Below, piece after piece: positions 20,701 through 32,399 of a stretch of DNA of 41,771 nt (position 1 is the stretch's first letter; the number at the start of each line of letters is the position of its first letter). A program made the translations under genes and the position numbers. Source of the DNA: Perkinsus chesapeaki ATCC PRA-425 (Eukaryota; Protista; Perkinsozoa); contig JAAPAO010000297.1 of NCBI GenBank assembly GCA_013115145.1, positions 1-41,771 on the forward strand. The letters run 5' to 3'. The notes below the pieces were generated by a model. It was not told where the DNA came from. It was given only the letters and a program-made list of their open reading frames with translations, and ran no database searches.

Positions 20701-22958
20701 GGTTTAAGGAGTGGTAGAGTAGGCCTGTCAGAGGCATTTGGTCGAGCAGATGTTAATAATATAGACAAAGCAGGAGAGGAAGCTGTACTGGTTGATAACA
20801 GGATCATCTACATGTCCAGCAAACCGTACGGTGCCCAGCCGCTGCTCGATACATCAGCTACGGTGGTCAGGGAGGATTTGCTGGTATCACCGTTACCCCT
20901 CCTCCACAGTAATCCTTCACCACGGCCAAGCCAGCGGAGGGATACACCATATAGGTTGGGGCTATTGGCCGCCTTCCCGTCACCTGCTACGTTTGATGTT
21001 TCAGAATTGTTGTTGTCGGCCCGCCACTGGCTGGAATGACTAGCGTTGCGCGACAGATAGCGGAGCTGACAGGAGCGGTATACCTTCATCCAGCAGAGGT
21101 AAGCGAGGTGCGAGAAGAGCGGAGAAGGAAGTGTTGTAGGTGCTCGAGTCGGTGGACCGTTCTGGACTGCTGGGGCCACTGCTCGAGGGTCTCAGTCACG
21201 GTGGGCCACCGAAGGGCATCTGAATTGGGTTAAGTTGATGATGATCAGGTGAAGCATCATCTCCGGAGACGGTGGCGAAGGCATTGAAGGTGAGGCTGGA
21301 GAGAGCAGACTGCAGGGGGAGGGGATGGGTTGTTGATGGGTAGGAGGAGGGATGGGAGTGGTGACACGGATGGTGACACAGGTACCCTCTGGAAGCATCA
21401 CAGTTGTCATATCTTTCGGAGGTTTACGGCATAGAACCTCAACTCGTTGTGGTGTTGGAGTTGAATCGAACAGAGTTTGAAATGAGGAAGGAAAAGGCTC
21501 TTAGTGGACAGGCAGCAGCAGCAGTGATGGTTAATGAAGATCTGTTGGAGGCTCACTGGACCATATGGGCGGAGGGGCCATCCATGGGGATACCGGCCTA
21601 CTTGATGGCCAAGTATAATGGTATGGAACGGCTAATGGTCGTTGATGCTCGACGGGCGACAGGAGCGGTGGCAAATGTGGTGATGAGGCGATGTGATGAG
21701 ATGGTGAGGTGGTTGAGGAGGGTCATCGGGGAGTGTTCCTAGGTGGCGGCCTCCAACTGCTATAAGCGGCATGCCCGAGGCTCGGGAGCATCACCAATGC
21801 CGATTGGGATAGGGAGATATGTGTTGGAGGGTATGATGGAAGATGGTCACACTGCCGAGTTGGTAAGGTGGAGGAGAGAGCGGTATGATGATGAGATGTG
21901 GTAGGCGAAGGGGAAGGTGTGCCCGGTCACCTACAGCAAGCTAGAAGCTATGGTTATTGGTAAAGTGCCAGTAGAGTATAATGGACGATTATACTGGATT
22001 GATGATAAGGTAGGTGCTGGAGCAACTGTCCTCATAAAAGCGAACTGACTCTACTTCTCTCGCATCCACCACCTTGTCAGGGCAGCTACCTCAGTCAGTT
22101 CATAGACAACCCCGAAGAGTTCGTCGGTGATAACAACGCCTACGCAAAGGTAGGTCTCGATCGGCCATGACCGGTAGGATTCTCTCTCCAGAGTCCTGGC
22201 CCTCCGAGGCTGGTGGCTGATAGCTCCCATCCGTTGGAGTTTGACGGGTGCTGTGTGGTGACCTTGGCTAACACTGGACAAGCTTGGAGGGAATGCGAAT
22301 TTGATAAAGTTATTTTTGATGGTAGAGCAACCAGAGTTGTGCGTCACAAAAAGTGGCCCAGGTCGGCGATACTGTCTGGCTCACAGAGCAGCTTTAGCAG
22401 CATTCCGACGAACGCCGGTGCAGTTTATCGAGCAGGCGAGGGGTCGGGCTGAGGTGGAGGGCAGAAATGACGAAGAGAAGTATCCACACTTTGGGACAGG
22501 CAACACAATTCCTATTGAAGATACGATAAAGTGGGGAAGGATGATTGCTGCTAGTCGATGATGCGATTGTTGTTAGATATCTCAAGTCGTCTGTGAGCGA
22601 TCAGTTGTTGAAGGCCGTACAGGAGGTCGGTGAGAGGCGACCGTTGGTGCCAGGCAAAGGCCCTAGGGAGTGAGCTCTGGTCATCGCTGGATGTTGCTGC
22701 CATGATGGGGTCAGGTCTGCGCTAATCTACTTAGCGGCGTATCTTAAAGCTAACAACCCGCTAACACTAAAAGCTAGTTATTTGGCTGAGGAGCGTCGAC
22801 AGGCTCTGCAATCGATACGGGAAGCATCGACGGAGCCAGGGTTGGTGACGGATATGGAGAGACGGTTGGAAAGAGGAGCGACAAGAAGACCATCCTTGAC
22901 AGTGGAGAAGTTCGATGATGTTTTCCTGAGAGGCCTGAGCGGCGGCACTGCGGCATGA
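14800..22958 (+). CDS. Large many-exon adenylate kinase 9 (AK9)-like protein; 5' end uncertain
   Basis: P-loop-like VAVVGCRLAGKRTLAKAL (about 18220); repeated CPV modules (GPYCPVTLIDDNWLFPG, VCPVTYSKLEAMVIG...YNGRLYW, PLEFDGCCVVTLA); C-terminus YLKSSVSDQLLKAVQEVGERRP...SALIYLAAYLKANNP resembles the AK9 tail; TGA at 22956-22958. Confidence 0.65.
16256..16296 (+). other. 41-nt intron of the AK9-like gene with a tRNA T-loop remnant
   Basis: GTGAGGTCCGAGGGTTCAAGCCGTCGGATGCTATTTGGCAG; splicing gives LATGPNGLQLISPK. Confidence 0.5.
20445..20542. repeat. Two-copy 49-bp tandem duplication inside an intron of the AK9-like gene
   Basis: GGGTTTGTACACATCAGTGATGGTGCTTAGATGCCACTGTTAGGTCCGG followed by GGGTTTGTACACAGTAGTGTTAGTGCTTAGATGCCATTGTTAGGTCCGG. 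Confidence 0.9.
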
Positions 22959-23116
22959 TGAATAAAGATAGTCGTGGTTGTTAATAGTAGTTGTTGAGTT
23001 AAGCAGCACTGTCGCAGTCAAAAAACGAGAAACGTGAAACGCTTCGCTCCGCCTAAAATCGTTCGTGCGCTATGGAAGAACGCCACGACATCGTCTATAC
23101 CGACATCTCCATCATA

Positions 23117-24430
23117 ATGTTGTCTCAGAAGGCCACTTTGAACGACCTGCCCGAGTCCGATATGAAGGGCAAGAGGGTGCTTATGCGTGTTGACTTCAAC
23201 GTCCCTATTAAGGACGGTAAAGTTGCCGATAAGACCCGCATTGTTGCCACCATCCCTACTATTAAGAAGGTCTTCCAGATGGGTGCCAACAGCATCGTCC
23301 TCATGAGCCATTTGGGCAGGCCTGAGGGCAACAAGGTCGAGAAGGTAAGATGCTGAGTTAGGAAATATCAATATCGTATCTTGCTTTAGTACTCCTTGAA
23401 GCCCGTGGTCCCCGTCCTGTCTGAGCTTGTCGGCCATGAGGTGACCTTTGTTGATGACTGTGTTGGTGAGACTGCCATCAAGGCTTGTGCCAACCCTGCT
23501 CCTGGCAGCATCATCCTTCTTGAGAATCTTCGTTTCCATATCGAAGAGGAGGGTAAGGGTGTTGTCAACGGTGAGAAGGTTAAGGCTTCCCCCGAGGCCG
23601 TGGCCGCCTTCAGGGCCGACCTCACCAAGCTTGGTGATGTCTTCATCAACGATGCTTTCGGAACTGCCCATCGTGCCCATTCCTCTATGGTCGGTGTCCA
23701 GCTTCCCATCCGCGCCGCTGGTCTCTTGCTCGCCAAGGAGCTCCAGTACTTCGGCAAGGCCCTTGAGAACCCAGAGCGCCCGGTGTTGAGCGTTTTGGGA
23801 GGCGCCAAGGTTAAGGATAAGATTCAGCTTATTAACAATATGCTTGATAAGGTTGATATGATGATCATTGGTGGTGGTATGGCTTATACTTTCATCAAGA
23901 CCCTCTACAAGACCCCTATTGGCAACTCCTTGTTCGATGAGGAGGGCAGCAAGATCGTTCCTGATCTTATGAAGAAGGCCAAGGAGAAGGGTGTTGAGAT
24001 CCTCTTGCCTGTTGACTGGGTTTGCGCCGATGATTTCGATAACAACGCCAATACCAAGATCTGCACCATGGAGACCGGCATTCCTGATGGCTGGGAAGGC
24101 CTCGATGTTGGTCCGGAGTCGACTAAGCGTAATCTAGAGATGGTTAAGAAGGCCAAGACCATCATCTGGAACGGTCCTCAGGGTGTCTTCGAATTCCCTA
24201 ACTTCGCCAAGGGATCCTTCGCCCTCCTTGACGGTGTTGTTGCCGCTACCAAGGCCGGTGCTACCTCCATCATCGGTGGTGGTGATACCGCTGCCATGGT
24301 TGAGCAGCAGGGCAAGGCCGGTGATATCTCTCACGTCAGTACCGGTGGTGGTGCCTCTTTGGAGCTCCTTGAAGGCAAGCAACTTCCTGGTGTTGTTGCC
24401 CTTACTGATAAGAGCCAGCTTTCAGCCTAA
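23117..24430 (+). CDS. PGK: Phosphoglycerate kinase, two exons (intron 23345-23389)
   Basis: [85 protein letters not shown]. Confidence 0.97.
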
Positions 24431-24660
24431 TAACATTTATCGGCAGCCTTGAAGACTGCTGCTTTAGATGATGATGATAGCAGCGGTTGTCCAGCGATTA
24501 CTACTGTCATTGTCGTTTTCACGATTATTGAGTGATTCTCGTCATCATTACACTGCGTTGCGCTACTAGTGGTAAAGCGGCACACAAAAGGGGACAGCGG
24601 AGGAGCTGGAGACGGAAGGACCATTGAAGCGTTGATTGATTTGTTGCCTTCCCTACCAAG

Positions 24661-25818
24661 ATGGTCGTTAAGAATCGTAAGCCTGCTGCTGCTGCTGAAA
24701 CCGCCGCTTCTGTCGGCGGCGCTGCTGGTGGAAGTGCCGTGCCCAGAGGGTTGGAGGGTGTGTACAACTGCTGGATCGAGCCACATCTGGAGGCCCTCAT
24801 GCCATATATCAGGGCCGCTGTGCCGATCATAGAAAGTATTGTCAAGAAGATGCAAGCCATTTATTTACAGTATATCAAACCAAACTGGCATGACGGTCTT
24901 GGTGACTTCTGCTTTGCTGTGTTGTTGCTGTTCTTCGGTGGACAGTTCGCTCTCACTATTTTGGCCTGGGGTGCATTCCAGCAGGCTGGTGGTGGCATGA
25001 TAAAGAGGGCGTGGAAGGAGCTTAATACGGAGTATGTTGACAGTATGAGGAAGCTTCAAGAAGATCCAGAGGCGAAGGCTCTGTTCGATCAAGATAAGGA
25101 CGGTGAAGTATCTATTGGGGAGGTAAGAAGCGTGTAAGATACTTCGGAGGTCGATTCGTGTGCCAGGTCGCCACTGCAGTGTCGTCTGTGATCGGCGCTG
25201 ATACTCCTGAGGAGAAGCAGAAGGCTCGTCGAATGATTGGCGCCACTATGAGGTGTGTCGACCCAAATCGCCTCTTGGATGCTATCACGGGATTCTGGGC
25301 TGGTCTAGTGGCTGTTATTGCTGCGCTAAGGTCTCAGTTGGCGGCCTGTGTCTCTGTTGGGGCATCTATTGGTCAGAAGGGTGCTGAGTATGCCAAGGAC
25401 TACCTCGAGAAGCCGCTTTATGAGAAGTTCCCCGATTATAAGGATTGGGTGGATGCTGGTCTGAGAGCTGGTTGCTCACTTATCGGTATTCTCGTCAGCC
25501 TCTTTATGGCTCGGATCGTTACTGCCTTCAACTGTGCTATAAAGGGTGCACAGAAGCTCGCAGGAATAGCTATTAAGAAGGCACATGAAGCTGGATATCT
25601 GACCAATGTGAAGGATAACGGCTCGAAGGTTCAAGCGTTGGCGATGGGGCTTACCGCAGTTGGGTTGTGGTATCAGGTAAGGTTAATGAATCAACCTTTT
25701 GTGAATCTTCCCGTCTTTTCAGTTCTCATCTGGATTCTCCTGCCCTACTCTGTTAAAGTTGGTGTTATTCCCATTGCTCATTTCGGAGAACATCCTCACT
25801 CTCATCGCCGCGATGTAG
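24661..25818 (+). CDS. Multi-pass membrane protein with one EF-hand-like loop, three exons
   Basis: 158-aa and 243-aa ORFs joined by a short GT-AG intron near 25123-25167; DQDKDGEVSIGE loop; several hydrophobic helices; last exon FSSGFSCPTLLKLVLFPLLISENILTLIAAM*. Confidence 0.75.
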
Positions 25819-26089
25819 ATACTTTAACAACAACAGATGATGATAATGCTGCCGTCGAACAGAAGGCTGTCAAGATTAATATCGATTAGTTTGTTAAACC
25901 TAGTAGTGTTGTTGTTGTCATGGGAAGGGTATCTTTAGGTCGGATTGAGATCCCCCGTAGTTACTTGCTAATATGCTCACTCATCTGTACGCTATTTAGG
26001 AGGCTGCTGTTTGGAGATGAGTGGTTGTAAGGGTTGTAATATCCCCTCCGGTGTCTTTGATTTCTTTGGCTTCGTTTTCATCTGTTGTA

Positions 26090-26870
26090 TTATTTAGCAA
26101 TGTTCTGGGGGGCCCTCAGTGAGGTAGGTCGGTCAATTACATTCTTACCAAGTTGAGTAATTCGACCTCCATTTTGAGATGGCATGTTAGCCCTTTCGTG
26201 AACCTTACCGAATCGACATTGCCGAAGAGCCTCATCCAGTTTGTTACGGCGGCGGCGCCACACTGCCTCCAATTGGCGTCTTTCATAGGGCGTCATTTCC
26301 CACGCCGATCAGCAGCAGCCGCCTCCTGGATTCGGTATCTGGATAGAAGCCTTCTATTAGAAGGGCTCATCCATGAGGTGCTCCTAAGTATTATTATCAT
26401 TTAATGACACTAGTGTTGAAATGTGCCATGTGCAGCAGATGTATCGGAGTGTTGTGAAAGCGTCCAGGCTGTGTGGGTATGTTGGCTCGGGTAAAATACG
26501 GGCAGCACTAAAATTGTAAGTTGATTGCTGCAGATGGAATAGATTTTTGTCGATACGTTGAAATTCGGCCTAATAATGCCCGGGAACCCGTCCGATTCGA
26601 TCGAACTAGTTTTCTGAATTCGATTAAGGGTGTGTAGTAGAAGCTGTTTCCTTCAGCACGCCGCCAGCCAGTGTGAGGCGGACATGCGACTCTTACCTTT
26701 GTAAATGATGGGTGTTATCAATTTGGGAGGTGTGTTGCCACCTCGCCCGTCACTTTGCTGTGACAGCAATCTGGAAGCGCCGCCGTCTTTATTAGACGAC
26801 CGAGGGTTATGAGGTGTCGAGTGTTGATGGAGCTGGTAAGGAGATACTATTGCCGTCGACTGTAGTCCGT
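26090..26870 (-). CDS. Possible small multi-exon hypothetical gene; structure unresolved
   Basis: Protein-like segments such as MTPYERRQLEAVWRRRRNKLDEALRQCRF with GTAAG donors; I could not assemble one consistent model. Confidence 0.3.
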
Positions 26871-26904
26871 TCAAGAGGTTTGGCGTAGGTGCAACTTATC
26901 GACA

Positions 26905-26976
26905 GACCTCGTGGCGCAATGGAAGCGCGTCGGTTTCCGGAGCCGAAGGTTGCGGGTTCAAGTCCCGCCGGGGTTA
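26905..26976 (+). tRNA. tRNA-Arg(CCG)
   Basis: GACCTCG TG GCGC AATGGA AGCGC G TCGGT TTCCGGA GCCGA AGGTT GCGGG TTCAAGT CCCGC CGGGGTT A: full cloverleaf, anticodon CCG, followed by TTTT. Confidence 0.95.
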
Positions 26977-27200
26977 TTTTCTTCCGATTGGATTTACATC
27001 CGCCACCATGCAAGGGAACCGACCTTGATTATTGAGTGTAGGTCTATGTTTCATAGAGCGAATTCTAGGACGAGGTGGAGCAAGCTAGCGCATGATCACG
27101 AAACGGCGGGGACGAGCGCGGAGGAGGAGTAGATCTGAGTTATTGTGATAGCTGACAGGACGATATTAATCGGGCATTCCAAACACTAGAAGTGTAACCA

Positions 27201-28047
27201 ATGAGCAGCGAGTCCTCCTATGTGCATCATTACAGTCACGCGACCTCGACCAACCGCTCCCCGCCATGTCTGGCGTGACTTCCATTATCCATTTCCCCAC
27301 CTTATCCTGTTGAGTTATGATCCCAGTTATGATTATCTATGTTAGTTGATATGGGGATACTGTCTTGGGAGATATTTAAAGTGAGCGAGGATAAGCCACA
27401 TCGGAAGGGAAATGACTGCAAACGGATCAAATCAGATCTGGTACGTCCCCCCTCCCCTTGCTGTTGAGTAGCCCCCAGTGGTGGCATTCAGGTCCAGTGT
27501 ATGAAACAGACTCCCTGTTGGAAGAGTGGTGCAATGTTTGAAGAGTGTATGCAGTCTAAAGATCCAGCATGGGTGAGTGGAGGGGCAACTCTGCCAGGGC
27601 TCGGGTATCTCTCCGACAGCTCCTCTGAAATTACCGCCTTGGCGGCAACATCTAAAATGCTCGGGAGGCCTGCGGTAGGTTTGATGATTGATCAGGTGGC
27701 CAAGGAATGCATGCATCTTCGAGATGCCTATATGCAGTGCCGAAAGTGTCTGATAGTCCCGAACCTCAGATTATACGGTAACCCATTTTCTTAAGGAAAT
27801 CAGTCTGGGTGTACATGGTTTCTGTTCTTGCATGTTGATTTGGATCTCGGGCCTCTGCTCCTTGTTCGCTTGGTGTTTCGGTTTAATGGTGTCTACGAGG
27901 AAGAGGGAGAGGGCTAAGCAGGAGCAGCAGCAACAGCAGCAGGCTGCCTCGGCGCGCAAGAATAAGAAAAAGAAGGATGAAGTCCCTATGGTCGAGGACG
28001 GGTATGATGGGATGGAGGCTGATACTGCGTGGGGAGGTGGCTCTTAG
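27201..28047 (+). CDS. Hypothetical multi-exon protein with Cys pairs, a hydrophobic segment and a charged tail
   Basis: Segments TPCWKSGAMFEECMQSKDP, KECMHLRDAYMQCRK and MLIWISGLCSLFAWCFGLMVSTRKRERAKQEQQ...WGGGS* separated by GT-AG stretches; start uncertain. Confidence 0.45.
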
Positions 28048-28049
28048 GT

Positions 28050-29295
28050 GGAGGTGGCCTGAAGAGGAAGAAGGTCTGTTGGTGGTGGATACCAAGACTA
28101 GGACAAGAAACAGGTAGTAGGGCTTCTGTCAGACTGTGGCTTGTCCTCCCCAGAAGGAAGGTATCTTGTATTTGGTCTTTCATTAGATGAGTCAGCATGT
28201 CATGGAGGAGCATGAGATATTCCTAATAGGAATGCGTCATCTGACGCTCCCTTCCGATCTAAGCACATATTTCCTATCAAAGTTCCTATTGTATTTCATT
28301 TTTGTGATGTTAGATGGCATATTCCGGAGTATAATATTCTTTATTATATTCCCACCTACTTGAGTCATTGCCTGTTTTATGCCATTTCTAACCCTCAGAT
28401 GCTTCAATAGCATCGATAAGGTTGACGACTCGGGTGAAGTAGAATACACTGTCAAGGTACCAAGTACCATGACGTGTATTGGTGATTCAGGTTGGTGTAG
28501 GTTGGTGATTTAGTGGTGACACTATCGAATGAGGAAGCAGGAGCTGATCTAAGATTAAATTATTGGGTCGCAGTAGCCTCGGCACTTTATCAAGATACGT
28601 AAGCCGATAAAGTCATCGCCTGTGGGGAGAGGGCCTCCCTCAAGCCCTCGGAACTGCCGACTCAAACTCTCGATCGGTGCCTTCGGAAATGGCATTGAAC
28701 TTGATTGCATCAAATTTTCTGATTCCATGTATGCGCAGCGCATGGAACGCATGATGCGCTCCTACGTACCTCATGAGAATGGGGCGCGCCTCTCAACATC
28801 GCTGGTGAAGGCCGCAATCATAAAGTTGCTTGGAGGGCTTCTGTGTCATCATCATCATCAGTAGCACTAGTAGGCATGGACGTAGTATCATTTACACTGT
28901 TTTAATCTGTGGGGTATTCATTCACCTGTGTTGATGATGATGTCATCGTTCTCAGATATGGGGCCAAATTCGTGACTTTGAGATTTCTTGATTCCTTTGA
29001 GGAGTGGGCATACACCAATTTCGACACAGGTGGGCTCATCCCTGCACTCCGCAACAACCGCACTGGTAAGATTTTGTAAGATTCTCGTATGGTGAAAGAA
29101 GCGTTCGAGGCGAGTCGCCATCTGCCTGGCATCTTCGTGGAGACTGACGTATGTGAGGATGACGAAGTTGATGTCATCCAAGGGAAGGTAAAGGACGGGC
29201 ATGCCGAGCTCGGGAGGTCTACTGCAGCTCCTGGGAACCTACTTACTATTATATCTCCGCAGTGGTACCATTTCGTACTCGGCACGGATCGTCAT
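28050..29295 (-). CDS. Hypothetical multi-exon protein
   Basis: Protein-like minus-strand frames (PPELGMPVLYLPLDDINFVILTYVSLHEDARQMATRLERFF..., MLLHDMLTHLMKDQIQDTF...) with GT-AG punctuation; boundaries approximate. Confidence 0.4.
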
Positions 29296-29408
29296 GCTCG
29301 ACCGGGAGCGATGTCTCGTTGTTAGATTGACATCTGGGCCGAAACAGAAGAGGAGTACCTTTCTCTCATCGAAGCTGGCAGGAGTAGGTTAACCTCGGTT
29401 GGTGATAA

Positions 29409-31466
29409 ATGCCTCGGAAGAATCTTTCAGGGCCGCATAAAGCGAGCGTCGACCTCGAGCACTTGTGCAAAAATGGCAAAGTCAAGTTCGTGGATGCGCC
29501 TCGGCGTCGTCGGAATGTCCATTGGAAGCCGGACACACTGACTGAGGACACCGTTCCACAGGCAAGCTCCCGAACCTGTTCGTGTGCGGGTGATGGGCTG
29601 ATGTGAAGGTTGTGTATACTAATCGATTGGTTATAAGATGTGATGAGGAAGGCAAGCGAGTTGAGCACAGCGACACGCTTTGGCCGGCACCACCAGAATC
29701 GAGAGTGCAAAGGGGAATTAGGTAGCCCTGTAGGAAGCTCCTCGGTTGCTGAACGTTATCAGATTTGCTCCTCTGATGAAATGCTCCCTCTGCTCTGTCG
29801 ACCCTAAATTGCGGGGGGAGCTGCTCGAGGGCAAGTCCAGTGGCTACGCGATCGTCGATGAGGATTCTCCTTCAGCTGGTAGTCTCACCGTCGGGCCGCC
29901 AGTGCTTTGTCAATATCTTTTTTAGATGAGGACGCCCGTCTGAAGGCAGCGGTCGACGAAGTGTCGGAGGCGTTCGATGAGGCTGCTAAGAAGCTCCAGC
30001 TCTCCGAGGTCCCCAAGGCAGGCAGCCTTGATAACTCACCGGCGGCACTTGTCTTCATTAGTGTCTCACCTGCCGCGAGGAGGAGCGCGGTCAGATCTAT
30101 AATTTTCTGTGGACTGCCGTGAGCACTGGTGGAGCTGGCAACGTACTCTACATCTCGGGGATGCCTGGCACTGGTAGAGTCCTCTGCAGTTGGTGAGTAT
30201 CTGTCTTGCAGGGAAGACTGCCAGTGTTATGGGTGTTGTTGGTGAACTGAAGGGAATGATGGCCGAGAGGAAAGTCCCTCCATTCAAGTTCATCTACATT
30301 AATGCCTTCCGTCTGGCCACTCCAAACGACCTCTTCAAGTGGGCGACCGTATCGTACACCGAAGTTAGGTGAGCGCTGTTCTTTAGGGAACTATACAACG
30401 CGCTGGAGGTCGGCCCCCCGCGGGTGTCAGCTGCAGTAGCTCACGAGAAGCTAGAGGCATATCTGAGGAAGTCAAGTGCCAATCTCGTCTTGTAAGGGGC
30501 ACAGGTTCGAATCCCATCGAGGGTATCTTTTAGAATAGTTGTTATCGATGAGCTTGACTATTTGGTGACAAAGCAGCAGAAGGTTCTCTATTGCCTTTTT
30601 GACTGGCCAACCCTGCCAACATCTAAGCTGGCTGTAGTGGCCATCGCCAACACTATGGACTTACCTGAACGGATGATGCCTCGAGTGGCATCGAGGGTAA
30701 CAAGAATCTAAGCTTCACCGCGCAAGATTCATCTTAGCTTGGATTCGGGCGGCTCAATTTCGGCCCATATTCCGCACAACAAATTGCGGAGATAATAGAG
30801 CAAAGGATGAAAGAGTGTGGAGGAGAGTCCGTCTTCGAGAGGTGGGCAGTTGTCATTATCTTCCTTCTTCAATCGCTACCAGCAATGCGATAAAGCTATG
30901 CGCCATGCGGGTGGCATCGGTGTCTGGGGATGTCCGGAAGGCCCTCCACATCTGTCGAAGGGCCATTGAACTACGTAAAGACGGCTGCAAGGTGGGGAAA
31001 TGACATCGACTGGATTGGTATCTTTTGGAGAGCAGGTCACACCGGCCGAGATCGCAGCAGCACAGAGCGATACTTTTATTAGCCCCCTCACCGACAAGGT
31101 CTCCTCGCTCCACACATTTCAGTTCCGCTTTATGCTTGCTTTCATGCTGCTCCTTCGAGCGCAAAAGACACCGCAAGTGAGGGAGGGGCTGGGGTTCGAA
31201 ACCGGGACCTGTCGATTGTCCATTTTCAGTCGATAACGTTGCATGCTCTGTACGAGAAGGTGAAATCGCTGTCCTACCACCACCCGCCGAAGGGATATAA
31301 CGACTACCCGGAAGGGTACGTGATGCCCTTCAGAGACTTCGAGTTGATGGCTCGGAAGTTGGAGAACTGGGGCATCATACACCTCTTCACCGTCCCTAAG
31401 AACTCCCTCTATTTAAGGGAGCAGGGTGATGAGTTTAAGGCAGGCCTTGTTGCTACGGAGGATTGA
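29409..31466 (+). CDS. ORC1: ORC1/CDC6-family AAA+ replication initiator, many exons
   Basis: [28 protein letters not shown] (Walker A split by an intron), [25 protein letters not shown] (Walker B), [42 protein letters not shown]1 versus CDC6 is a judgement based on the long N-terminal extension. Confidence 0.85.
30492..30533 (+). other. 42-nt ORC1 intron containing a tRNA 3' end
   Basis: GTAAGGGGCACAGGTTCGAATCCCATCGAGGGTATCTTTTAG; splicing gives [13 protein letters not shown]. Confidence 0.65.
31177..31229 (+). other. 53-nt ORC1 intron containing a B-box
   Basis: GTGAGGGAGGGGCTGGGGTTCGAAACCGGGACC...CATTTTCAG; GGTTCGAAACCGGG matches the T-arm of eukaryotic tRNA-Val. Confidence 0.55.
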
Positions 31467-32399
31467 TGGTCAAAGTTTGAGTTCAGGATGGTATGGATGA
31501 GATTGATGAGGACTTACAGGCCGTTACACAGAAGGGGAAAACTAAAGATTTACTATCTACTGCGGACAAGCAACGGAGCCGTGCGTCGGAGATATCCTGT
31601 AAACCGTTTTGCCTGCGGAGTTCTATTCAGGTATGGCTGCTGGATCTGTTACCGATAAGCGACGGCGAGATGAGCGTCTGAGGCAGTGTGCCGAGGACGA
31701 GCCTGGGGCGCTGACGGTCCGTGGTGCACACGGAGATGGCGGCTGTGATTGTTTGATGTTAGATCGTCTGCTTGAGTGGCTACATCGATCGAGCTGATGT
31801 CGAATATGCACTAAAACAAAGAAGTGACAACAACGACTTAGCCAGGCGCCTGTTAGCCTCCTAACCTCACCACCCCCACCAGTTCGCATGCCCACTGCAA
31901 GTATTTCATCACAGCCTTCGGTTTGCGTTACTCGAGTGCACGGCGAAAGTATCCCTCAGTGGGGTATGTCACCCTCGGTCTTCCAATAATGGCGGGTTTG
32001 GTATCTAACGATTGTTGTCTTTCACATCTTCGTGGTGCCCTCTTCATTATCCTATCATCCAATATCTACCTCGTGAATGCAAGTAGGTCAACACGCTCCA
32101 GCGTAAGGGTGGGATGATGAGTTGAATTCCAACGATCTTCGGCATCGAATGTGGAGGCTTTCGGGGGACCATTAATTTGATAATGTATCAACCATAGGAA
32201 GTCTGGAGGAGAAGAACACTCGTCTGGGAGACACAAAGAGGGTTGCTAGTGCTCCGATAATTTCGCATCTTGGTGCATCTCACGGGAGTTTTGAAAGCTG
32301 AGTTAGATATCATCTCGACACACCGCCTAGATTGAGTACTCTTTGTCAGGTGATAATAGTAAAGAGGAGAGCCCGCCGTCAAGAAGTGTGATATCCCCC

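Noticed and set aside
23018-24452. Long ORFs antisense to or overlapping PGK (for example 220 aa and 140 aa)
   Set aside because: Shadow frames produced by strong codon bias in a conserved gene; no independent motifs.
26270-26330. Overlapping stop-start ATGA on the minus strand suggesting translational coupling
   Set aside because: The upstream frame cannot be tied to a reliable gene model, so the overlap may be chance.
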